Below, in pieces: positions 17,177 to 25,726 of a stretch of 45,959 nt of DNA. A model generated the notes under the pieces. The model was not told where the DNA came from. It made no database searches and saw nothing but the letters and a program-made list of their open reading frames with translations. How positions within the stretch are numbered: the first letter of the stretch is position 1; each line of letters opens with the position of its first letter. The position numbers and the translations under genes are program-made. Origin of the DNA: a virus; the IMG/VR virus record IMGVR_UViG_3300025121_000006; one strand, 5' to 3'.

Positions 17177-20100
17177 ATGGCAGATTTTGCAACAACATTC
17201 GCGGCGGTCGATAAGCAGAAAAAGGACAGGTTCGCACAGACTTTTAGAGAGGTCGAACAGGCCAAAGAAAACGAGGCATGGAATACGCTTGCCGCGGAGG
17301 GGGCTGTTTACGAGCCGTTCTTTGAGAAAATTGAGCAGGCCGAACTTGCCGAGCGGGAACTGTTTAGCAAAGAGCAACTTGATTACAGTAAGAGACTGGG
17401 CGGGAAAGTGCCCAATATGGCGTTATACGACGAGGCACTTAACTACGCCGACGATAAGACCATCAGTAAAATGGACGACAGCCAAAGGTGGGAACTGGTC
17501 AAAGAGAACAGGGCAAAAAGAGCCGAAATGGGTTATAAGTTTCTGCCGGTAGATAAGAAAAAACTTATGACGGGAGGCTATTCGGCGGACGGAAAGCCGG
17601 TTTTTAACGGGCCGACTATCAGGGCGGCCAACGCGACGTATTTAGCGGGCGCTACGGGGATGGAGGTCGAAAGTGCGGCGGTTCTCTACGATTCGCTGGT
17701 GACGGGGCTTTGGGGCGATAAAGAACCGAACGACATCAAGCCGTTGGGTAAATTGATTCGAAAATGGTATTCGGATAAAAGGCTTATAGAAAGCGGGATA
17801 TATCCCGAGATTTACAGGGCTGCGCAGAGGTACGCGGCGGGCGATAATACGGTTGACTGGGATATTGTAAGGGGCAATCTTTCGAGGGAAAAAGAGGAAC
17901 TGTTCAATTCCTATATCAGCCAGATGGGCAGGCCAAAACAACGGGGCGTTTTCGGCAAGACAGCGGAGGTCTTAAAACGAAGTATCGGCAGATCGGCGCA
18001 GAATATAACGGATTTTAGAACCTTGGTTGTGCCGGAAAAAACATTAAGCCAGCCAATTGAGCAGATGAAGGCCTTTAGCGAATTTAAGGCAAGGGAGGGC
18101 AGAGAGCCGACGGCGGAAGAATCTTTGCTGATTATGCAGGAAGCGACAAGCCGAATGAAAGAGCGGGTAATAGGCCGCAAAAAGAGTAAAGAGGCACTTG
18201 AAGCGGGCGATCCGGTTAAAGGGGAAAGCATACCCGGCAAACTGTTCTACGGCACACTTTCAATTGCGCCAGATGTACTGGCAAGCGCAGGACTGACGAT
18301 AGCGGCAAAAAGCCCCGTAGCGAGCTTTCAATACTGGTATATGCTGACGGCGACGGATATCTATACCGATATGGCCGATCTGGGATTCGAGGACGAGGCG
18401 GCCACGAATACAGCGAAAATCCTTGCCCTGCCGGTCGCGGCGGTAGAGTTCCTGCAGGCGGGCCAGTGGACGAAAGGATTGACCGGTGCGGCCAGGAAAA
18501 AAGCGGTCGCAAAGGCGCAGCAGGGTTTGACAAATTATCTGGCCGGTAAGCTCAAAGGTGGGCTGGTCAATTTCGGCAAAGAATACGGCCAAGAGATTCA
18601 GCAAAGCGGCCTGAAGGTCGCGGGCATGGCGTTTGCCTCATCGCTTACAGAGGATGCGCCGGATGTGAACTGGTGGGACGATGTGATAAGCCCGGAGATT
18701 GGCGGACTGGGCGAGGCGCTTTGGAGTTTTCCGGGGCTTACCGTTGGGTTTGGGGCAGCCGAGATTGGCAGCGAAGCGAAGATGGTACGCAGGATTATGA
18801 AAGATCATCCCGGCATCGATGCGGCCACGGCTCGCGCGGCGGTCTATAACGCCAAAAGTGGGGCGTTCGATGACGCGATAGAGGCAGGACTGGAAGCGAA
18901 ACAATTGATTCCGTTTACGGTCGAGGAACTAAATAGCCGGGTCGAAGAGACAAAGGCAAAATTAACTGACCTATCAGCGATGGAGGGCGGGCAAAATAGC
19001 GAACTTCTTGAATATACCCAGCGCAGGCTTGCGATACTGAAGGATGGCGGGGACAGGGGCGAACTTGCCGCATCGGCCAGCCGTTACGGGATTGACGAGG
19101 ATTTCGACGAGGAAACAGCCGAACAGCCATTCACCACAGAAGGCACAGAAGAAATAAAAGGCACAGAAGGGAAAATGGGGGCGGAATACAGGGATGCGGT
19201 GGTTGGGGCGGTGCGGGGGATTTTAGAGGCGAATGGGATTGCGGCACAAATCAGGGCGGTCGAAAATATAGAACTGCCCGAAGGTGCGGAAGGTCAGCAG
19301 GCGGCGGCGCAGCAGGCAAGGGGGGCGTTCTATTTCGATGGGGACGGGGCCAAGGTAATACAGCTTGCGTTTGCGTATAACGAAAATCGCAGGCCGGCGG
19401 ATATCACAACGGCGGGTCATGAATCGTATCACGCGCTGGCGGAGCTATTGACCGATGAGGAACGGGCGGCGGTCGCTGCCCAGTTTGGCGAAAATGAGGA
19501 TATGCAGGCGGAAGGGTTCGGGGTATGGTTAGGGGATAGGGTACAGGGTAGAGGGGATAAAGCAGGGGGAATAGTTTCACGGGCGTTTGAGAGGATCGCG
19601 GAGCTTTTAAAAAAGATTTATGCGGCGTTAAAAAAAGAGGGGCTTACTTATAAAAGTGTGTTTGAGGGTGTCGCCGCAGGCGAGTTAAAAGGCAGAACAT
19701 CGAACATCGAACGCTCAACATCGAACGTTGAATCAGGAAGGCAAACAGCCGGTAGTATTTTATATCACGGTACAGATAATGCAGAATCTATTTTGAAAAA
19801 CGGATTTACTTTCAAAAGTAGAAATTTCAAAGGGGAACGGGGCGAATTTGGAAACTCCATATCACTTTCGCCGGATAAAAATTTCGCCAAAATATACGGC
19901 AAAGATGTCATAGAAATAAAACTTAAGCCCAATATCAAATTGTTTGAAAATGAGGGCTATTCCGTTGATCATTTCAGTAGAACGAAATTTCATGATAGAG
20001 TGGAAGAGTTAGAGTCTAATGGGATTTCCGGTGAAAAAGCCACAGAAACGGCTATCGACGAATTAAAAGAGCAGGATTATGGCGGTATAAAAACCACTTA

Positions 20101-23100
20101 CGATTCAGGAAAAATAGAAATAACCATTTTTAACCCCAAAGATATCCAAATTCAGAAAGTCGAACAGCCGAATTTAGCCACAGAGGACGCAGAGAAGGCG
20201 GGGTTGAAATTCCAGACGGAAGATGATACAATGGGCGGCATGGCAGGCAAAAAGGCTGCCCGCGACATAGCCTCTCAAAAAACAGCCGAAGCGGGAAAGG
20301 GGCCGGTGAAACCAGCCGAATTGCAAAGACTTGAAGGGTTGTGGGATGAAGTTCAACCGCAGGTCATTCAATGGGAAAAAGAAAACCCAAAGCCAAAGCG
20401 CCCACAAGATATTGGGTTGCGGGCAAATAGCGAAATTCCACTGGATACACCAGGCCGGAAAGTTATTATTGAAGATATTCAAAATCGATTAAAACAGTCA
20501 AAAAAAGATTGGGAAGTAAAAAGAGATGAGGTGGTCAATAACTTTTTGGGAGGGGATTTAGACAAACTTCAACAATTACAAGCTGAATTTCGTTTTTCAA
20601 AAGAAGATTTTCGGAAAAGTCAATTTCCTCAAACCTATTCAAAAGAAATCAAATCTTTTAGAGATTTAGGATTAAACAGTTTAGCTGATAGTGTGGCGGA
20701 ATGGGGACGCGATGCTCTTGGTCTTTTTAAGCCCGATTGGTATGCACACGCCAAATATGTTGCCATAAAAATAATAAAAGAAAACGGCGGGATACAGACA
20801 TACAAAAGTAACAAAGGTGAATCAGGGTCAATTTACTTTAAGATGCCCAGTGGTCAAGAAATAAGGATTTCAGACCATGAACTACCAGAACACAGAGCAG
20901 GCCTTAATGAAATCCCAAATTGGGACGAAATTATATTAGATAAAATCATACCAGTGCAAGATATAATCGAAAGAACAAACGACATTCTGGGCATCGAATC
21001 CTCTTTTAACCACCCCGCCCCCGATGCAGGGGGGCAAGCCCCCGCGGCGAATGAGCGGGGCGAAGTTAAATTCCAGATCGATACCCAGCCGGTCAGCAAG
21101 CTGGAAGCTTCTTTCCGTAAGGATGCGGAGGAATATGTGGCCAATGTCTATATCGAAGGGGCGGACAGGGTGAACGCCTTTATCGAAGAGACAAGAGGCA
21201 GGGCAGGCCAGATTTCAAACGAGATGGATAAAAACGACGCGATGGCCGAGGTTGACGCAGCCAAGGCGGCGGCGGATGAGGCGTTTGCGGCGGCGGGGCT
21301 GGTGGGGGCTTTGCAGGGTATGAAGGGGGCAAAAAAGCCGGTTCTTGTCAATGACGCCAAGGGGGTCTATAAAGGCCAGCAGCAGCTTGCGATAGAGGCA
21401 GGCATCAGAGCCAAGGCGGCGGTCGATAAGGCCTTGTATCAGCAGCAGGCAAGGCCGAAGCGGGCAAAATACCTCGATGGATTTGCCAACAGGTTTTTCG
21501 GCCATTTGAATGACGCCAAGAGACTTGCCGGCAGGGGCGCGGCAAAGAGCGGAAAGCAGGCGAAAAAGACCTTTGAATATCTGGCCGTGCCGATAGCCAA
21601 CAGGCTCGAGGCGATAAGCCCGACCGTATTTCAGCAGGTTTTATATACCGAGTATAAAATCAAGACAAGGACGGCGGCGATGGCCAGGGAGGCGGTTCCG
21701 TTGCTTGAGAAGCTAAACCGGTTTCAAAAGGATAATACCGCCAAATTCGACGATTTCGCCATTGCATGGCGGGATGGCGACTTTACCGAGGCCGACAGGA
21801 TTGCAGAGCGGTACGGGTTCGCCGATGAATTTACGGCGGTTCGGGCGGTACTCAACGAGATATTCGCAATGGCTAACCGGGTGGGGATGGAGATAAGATA
21901 CGCTCAAGGGTACGGGCCAAGGCACATAACCGATATAGAAGGGTTTATGGAAGCCATCGGGGGCACGGAGGCACATTCGCAGATAGCCGAGGCTATACGC
22001 AACGCCGAAAAGAAAAAAGGACGCCAGCTTGAAGCTGACGAGAGGCTGCGGTTGATTAATACACTGATTCGCGGCTATACGTCAAGCGGGATCGCGTTAT
22101 CGAGGGCGGGACACGCTAAAGAGAGGGGTATCGAGAACACAAGCGAACTGGGCGAATTCTACGCAAGTCCGCAGGTAGCCCTGATGCACTATATAACAGA
22201 GATGAACGAAAAGGTTAGCTGGCGGGAGTTTTTCGGCAAGGAGACAAAGGATCTTGTAAATCTGCGTGGTGAAAAATCCAGGCTCCTGACCAGATTAAAC
22301 GCGTTATCGGGCAAGACGGCGGGCAAGGTCTTTTTGATGGGTAAGGGCTTTAGCGAGCTAAATGAAATAGACTACGCAGAGCATATCAAGAGTGAGTGGA
22401 AAAAACTCGACGAGGTCAGCGCAAAGATAACAGTTGCCGACCAGAAAAGCCTATCGGAATCGGTGGCAAGCTATGTCGACGAAAAGTATATCAGGCCAAG
22501 CGAGGCGGCGGGCAGTCCCGGTAAACGGGGCGAGGATTTGGCCAGTTTATTGCAGGCTCTTATCGAGCCGAAATCGGTGAGCGACCGCAATCTTAAATTC
22601 CTGCGAGACCTGGGCTATATTACCACACTTGCAAATCCGTTTTCGGCGATGACGCAGTTGAAAGATATCGGCGTCTCGGCGTATCGTGATATCTGGGGTT
22701 TTTTGCCACAGACAATTAAGGCCGCCGTCAATAAGGGTGAGCTAAACTTAGAGGATATCGGGGCGGCTCTGTTCGGCGAGGAGCTTACGGCCGAATCCGT
22801 GGGCAGGGCGGTCGCCGCGTCAATGAAATATTCGGGATTCGCTTATATAGATAGATTAGGCAAAACGACCTATATAAACACCGTAATAAACAAATACCGC
22901 AGGGAATCGGCTGGTTTGAGCGATGCCGATATCTCGCAGATGGCGGCTGGCACGAAGAAAAAGAGCGAGACATTTGAGCGGGTCGAACGGTTCTTCGGCG
23001 ATAAGACAAGCGATGTGGTCAAAGAAATCAGGGACGGCGGGATAACGGATAATATAAAATTCCTTGCGTTCGCCGAACTTGCGGACGTGCAGCCGATAGC

Positions 23101-23575
23101 GATGAGCAGTATGCCGGCCGGCTACGCCAGGGCGGGCAACCTGCGGCTGATGTATATGATGAAAAGCTTTACGATCCGCCAGATAAACTGGATTTACCGC
23201 GAATCGATAAAAGAGATGGGCAGTAAAAAGACGTTCGCACGAGGGGCGAAAAGGCTTATCCAGCTCGCGATTACGCTGGAGGCGTTCAATATCGGCATCG
23301 AAGTGCTGCGTCAGCTTGCCAAGGGCAAAGAACCCGACGAGATAGACATCGCAGATATCGCCATTGATGAGGCGATGGGTTATATGATGGCAAGCAGGTA
23401 CAGTGTCCAGAATATAAGGAGGGAAGGATTCGCAGGGTATATGAAACAGGTCGCCCCGCCGACAAAGCCATTCGACTGGATAGTGCAGGGCAAACCAGAT
23501 AAAGCGGTAAGGAATATCCCGATACTGGGCGAGCCGTATTACTGGTGGTTCGGGGCGGGCAGTGAAAAGAAGTAA
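17177..23575 (+). CDS. giant mosaic virion/ejection protein (polyvalent-like) with HExxH and PARP-like ART motifs
   Basis: An uninterrupted 2132-aa ORF in the position of T7 gp16. It contains HESYH (19418-19432), 'LYHGT...GEFGNSISLS...KIEITIF' (19741-20160), and vestigial in-frame junction elements. Confidence 0.6.
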   Translation: MADFATTFAAVDKQKKDRFAQTFREVEQAKENEAWNTLAAEGAVYEPFFEKIEQAELAERELFSKEQLDYSKRLGGKVPNMALYDEALNYADDKTISKMDDSQRWELVKENRAKRAEMGYKFLPVDKKKLMTGGYSADGKPVFNGPTIRAANATYLAGATGMEVESAAVLYDSLVTGLWGDKEPNDIKPLGKLIRKWYSDKRLIESGIYPEIYRAAQRYAAGDNTVDWDIVRGNLSREKEELFNSYISQMGRPKQRGVFGKTAEVLKRSIGRSAQNITDFRTLVVPEKTLSQPIEQMKAFSEFKAREGREPTAEESLLIMQEATSRMKERVIGRKKSKEALEAGDPVKGESIPGKLFYGTLSIAPDVLASAGLTIAAKSPVASFQYWYMLTATDIYTDMADLGFEDEAATNTAKILALPVAAVEFLQAGQWTKGLTGAARKKAVAKAQQGLTNYLAGKLKGGLVNFGKEYGQEIQQSGLKVAGMAFASSLTEDAPDVNWWDDVISPEIGGLGEALWSFPGLTVGFGAAEIGSEAKMVRRIMKDHPGIDAATARAAVYNAKSGAFDDAIEAGLEAKQLIPFTVEELNSRVEETKAKLTDLSAMEGGQNSELLEYTQRRLAILKDGGDRGELAASASRYGIDEDFDEETAEQPFTTEGTEEIKGTEGKMGAEYRDAVVGAVRGILEANGIAAQIRAVENIELPEGAEGQQAAAQQARGAFYFDGDGAKVIQLAFAYNENRRPADITTAGHESYHALAELLTDEERAAVAAQFGENEDMQAEGFGVWLGDRVQGRGDKAGGIVSRAFERIAELLKKIYAALKKEGLTYKSVFEGVAAGELKGRTSNIERSTSNVESGRQTAGSILYHGTDNAESILKNGFTFKSRNFKGERGEFGNSISLSPDKNFAKIYGKDVIEIKLKPNIKLFENEGYSVDHFSRTKFHDRVEELESNGISGEKATETAIDELKEQDYGGIKTTYDSGKIEITIFNPKDIQIQKVEQPNLATEDAEKAGLKFQTEDDTMGGMAGKKAARDIASQKTAEAGKGPVKPAELQRLEGLWDEVQPQVIQWEKENPKPKRPQDIGLRANSEIPLDTPGRKVIIEDIQNRLKQSKKDWEVKRDEVVNNFLGGDLDKLQQLQAEFRFSKEDFRKSQFPQTYSKEIKSFRDLGLNSLADSVAEWGRDALGLFKPDWYAHAKYVAIKIIKENGGIQTYKSNKGESGSIYFKMPSGQEIRISDHELPEHRAGLNEIPNWDEIILDKIIPVQDIIERTNDILGIESSFNHPAPDAGGQAPAANERGEVKFQIDTQPVSKLEASFRKDAEEYVANVYIEGADRVNAFIEETRGRAGQISNEMDKNDAMAEVDAAKAAADEAFAAAGLVGALQGMKGAKKPVLVNDAKGVYKGQQQLAIEAGIRAKAAVDKALYQQQARPKRAKYLDGFANRFFGHLNDAKRLAGRGAAKSGKQAKKTFEYLAVPIANRLEAISPTVFQQVLYTEYKIKTRTAAMAREAVPLLEKLNRFQKDNTAKFDDFAIAWRDGDFTEADRIAERYGFADEFTAVRAVLNEIFAMANRVGMEIRYAQGYGPRHITDIEGFMEAIGGTEAHSQIAEAIRNAEKKKGRQLEADERLRLINTLIRGYTSSGIALSRAGHAKERGIENTSELGEFYASPQVALMHYITEMNEKVSWREFFGKETKDLVNLRGEKSRLLTRLNALSGKTAGKVFLMGKGFSELNEIDYAEHIKSEWKKLDEVSAKITVADQKSLSESVASYVDEKYIRPSEAAGSPGKRGEDLASLLQALIEPKSVSDRNLKFLRDLGYITTLANPFSAMTQLKDIGVSAYRDIWGFLPQTIKAAVNKGELNLEDIGAALFGEELTAESVGRAVAASMKYSGFAYIDRLGKTTYINTVINKYRRESAGLSDADISQMAAGTKKKSETFERVERFFGDKTSDVVKEIRDGGITDNIKFLAFAELADVQPIAMSSMPAGYARAGNLRLMYMMKSFTIRQINWIYRESIKEMGSKKTFARGAKRLIQLAITLEAFNIGIEVLRQLAKGKEPDEIDIADIAIDEAMGYMMASRYSVQNIRREGFAGYMKQVAPPTKPFDWIVQGKPDKAVRNIPILGEPYYWWFGAGSEKK
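19113..19174 (+). repeat. vestigial junction element in frame inside the giant ORF
   Basis: AAACAGCCGAACAGCCATTCACCACAGAAGGCACAGAAGAAATAAAAGGCACAGAAGGGAAA followed by an in-frame ATG. TTAAC has changed to TTCAC, so there is no stop. Confidence 0.8.
19684..19751 (+). repeat. tandem ACATCGAAC units + AACAGCC box in frame inside the giant ORF
   Basis: GTTAAAAGGCAGAACATCGAACATCGAACGCTCAACATCGAACGTTGAATCAGGAAGGCAAACAGCCGG. Confidence 0.8.
20162..20203 (+). repeat. vestigial junction element in frame inside the giant ORF
   Basis: GAACAGCCGAATTTAGCCACAGAGGACGCAGAGAAGGCGGGG. Confidence 0.75.
21036..21060 (+). promoter_or_regulatory. conserved leader box, copy 3, embedded in frame in the giant ORF
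   Basis: AAGCCCCCGCGGCGAATGAGCGGGG, with no ATG downstream. Confidence 0.5.
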
Positions 23576-23578
23576 AAA

Positions 23579-23645
23579 TGGAAAATTTGAAATTTGAAAA
23601 GGAGTTCAATATGCTTAACCACGAAAAGCACGAAGGGCACAAAAG
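23579..23645 (+). repeat. heptamers + SD + ATG + A units (translated)
   Basis: GGAAAATTTGAAATTTGAAAAGGAG...ATGCTTAACCACGAAAAGCACGAAGGGCACAAAAG. Confidence 0.9.
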
Positions 23646-25632
23646 AGGCTATAGACTATGGACTAAAGGCTATGGGTTGCTTGTTGTTTGTTTCTTGTTT
23701 CTTGCCCCTTGTCTGGCGACGGTGACGGAGACTTCGACCAAAGTGCAGTATTCATGCAACGGGTCGAGTACGGCATTTGCGTTCAGTTTCCCCATTGTAG
23801 AAACTTCGGATATCGTCGTGATTCTGCGGACGGTAGCGGACGGGACGGAGCTTGTTTTGACCGAGGGGGTCAATTACAATGTGTCGGCGACAAATAACGA
23901 TTATTCGCAGGGCGGGACCGTAACGGCGACTACGGCTTATTCGAGCCTATACCAGCTTACCATCATGAGAGACACGCCCGATACGCAGGAGGCCGATCTC
24001 GATGATTCAGGCACGCTTAGACTGGAGACGCTCGAAGATGCGATGGACAGGGCGACAATGCAGATTCAGCAGCTTACCGAATCGTATAGCAGGGCTATAC
24101 ATTATCCGCGAAGCGATTCGACTTCGCTTACGGGCGAGCTTGACGACTCGATAAGCAGGAAGGGCGGGTATTTAGGTTTTAGCAGCTCTACCGGCGAGGC
24201 GCTTGTGGTGGCGGGACTTACTCCTTCGGATGTGACGGTGTCGCCGTTTGCCGAAACGGCTCTTGACGATGCGACAGGGGCGGCCATGCTGACTACGATG
24301 GGGGCAATGGCGGTATTTAATGTCAAGACCTACGGAGCAATCGGCGACGGCGATACAAACGATACGGCGGCGATAACCTCGGCGATAACCGCCGCGGCGG
24401 CGGCGGACGGCGGAATCGTGTGGTTCCCGACGGGGGTGTACCTGTGCAATGTGACGCTCTCTAACGACAATATCCGCCTATTGGGGGCGGGCAGCGAATC
24501 GCCGGTCGATTGGGACGGCGGGGATGAAAACTGCTCGATGCTGAAGGCGTACACGACCGACCCCGTTATAACGATATATCCAAGTTCCGGCGGCGGGCAG
24601 GTCAGCGGGATACAGATAAGTAATCTGACAATTGACGGCAACGATACAAGCAAGGGAATTTATTATCAGGCCGACAACCCGTATATACTCTATTTTTGCA
24701 GATTTGAAAATCTTAATATAAACAATACCACTTACGGCATCGATTTATATACCTACGGCGGGGTAAGCGCGGTAAAGAATACTATGAACCAATGCGTGTT
24801 CGACCATATTACCGTGTGGGATTTTACCGTTAACGGAATTATGACATCTTCCGTCGGCAGTTATAACAACTGGAGCAGAATTTTAGTTTATGACAGCGGC
24901 AATACATCGACCAGTTACGGTATTTATCATAGAGGGTTGAATGATAACTGGAACGGCGTTACAACAAACACCAAAGTAAGAATTGACGGCGCTAATACAG
25001 AAATGGCAAATCTGACCGTAGAGGGAATATATGGTACAACCGGAGTGGCTACAACTGCTACAACGCCGGCAATAACCGTCGCAGGTTATGCTCAAACTTT
25101 TATCAATGTCGATCTGAAGAGTACCGACGACGGAGGCGGCACGGCGAACTATGGAATAGCGGCGTATAACGGGCCAAACTACTTTATAAATGTCAGATAC
25201 TGGGGCAATGTCACAGAATTAACTTACCCGTTTACAATCAACCAGAATTCAAAGGGATATGTCTATTTTTACGCATTCCCGTCAACGGGTACGAAATTAG
25301 ACTCTACCGCCCATTATAACGCTACCCTTGCAACTTATTCCAACGCCTTTAAGAACTGGACTATCGCGGGCGATTTGACTTACGTCTGCGACGGGCTTGG
25401 TCAAATCCCTATGCCGCAATCGGCACTGCCAGCCCATTCGGCGAATCCGACAAACGCGGTCGATGGATTGAGAGGCCGCATAGTATTTAATGATACAGGC
25501 GACGACCACTTTTACGGGACGGTGCAAAAGAACGGGTTAAGAGTCTGGAAGCGATTAGACACAGACCCGGCGGATTTTATAAGCTATGAGAATGCAAGCG
25601 TATTTTACGAAGAAGAAATTGTCACGTACTGA
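23611..25632 (+). CDS. tailspike with pectate-lyase-like beta-helix domain
   Basis: 'FNVKTYGAIGDGDTNDTAAITSAI...GGIVWFPTGVYL' is the pectate_lyase_3-type tailspike signature. A strong SD (AAGGAG) lies 7 nt before the ATG at 23611. Confidence 0.7.
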   Translation: MLNHEKHEGHKRGYRLWTKGYGLLVVCFLFLAPCLATVTETSTKVQYSCNGSSTAFAFSFPIVETSDIVVILRTVADGTELVLTEGVNYNVSATNNDYSQGGTVTATTAYSSLYQLTIMRDTPDTQEADLDDSGTLRLETLEDAMDRATMQIQQLTESYSRAIHYPRSDSTSLTGELDDSISRKGGYLGFSSSTGEALVVAGLTPSDVTVSPFAETALDDATGAAMLTTMGAMAVFNVKTYGAIGDGDTNDTAAITSAITAAAAADGGIVWFPTGVYLCNVTLSNDNIRLLGAGSESPVDWDGGDENCSMLKAYTTDPVITIYPSSGGGQVSGIQISNLTIDGNDTSKGIYYQADNPYILYFCRFENLNINNTTYGIDLYTYGGVSAVKNTMNQCVFDHITVWDFTVNGIMTSSVGSYNNWSRILVYDSGNTSTSYGIYHRGLNDNWNGVTTNTKVRIDGANTEMANLTVEGIYGTTGVATTATTPAITVAGYAQTFINVDLKSTDDGGGTANYGIAAYNGPNYFINVRYWGNVTELTYPFTINQNSKGYVYFYAFPSTGTKLDSTAHYNATLATYSNAFKNWTIAGDLTYVCDGLGQIPMPQSALPAHSANPTNAVDGLRGRIVFNDTGDDHFYGTVQKNGLRVWKRLDTDPADFISYENASVFYEEEIVTY

Positions 25633-25633
25633 C

Positions 25634-25726
25634 AAAAAAAATTAAAAATAAAATATTAAAAATCAAAAATGAAAGGAGTCAAAAACAATGTTTAACCACG
25701 AAGGACACGAAGGGACACGAAAAGGG
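25634..25726 (+). repeat. A-rich heptamers + SD + ATG + A units x3 (translated)
   Basis: AAAAATTAAAAATAAAATATTAAAAATCAAAAATGAAAGGAG...ATGTTTAACCACGAAGGACACGAAGGGACACGAAAAGGG. Confidence 0.9.
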
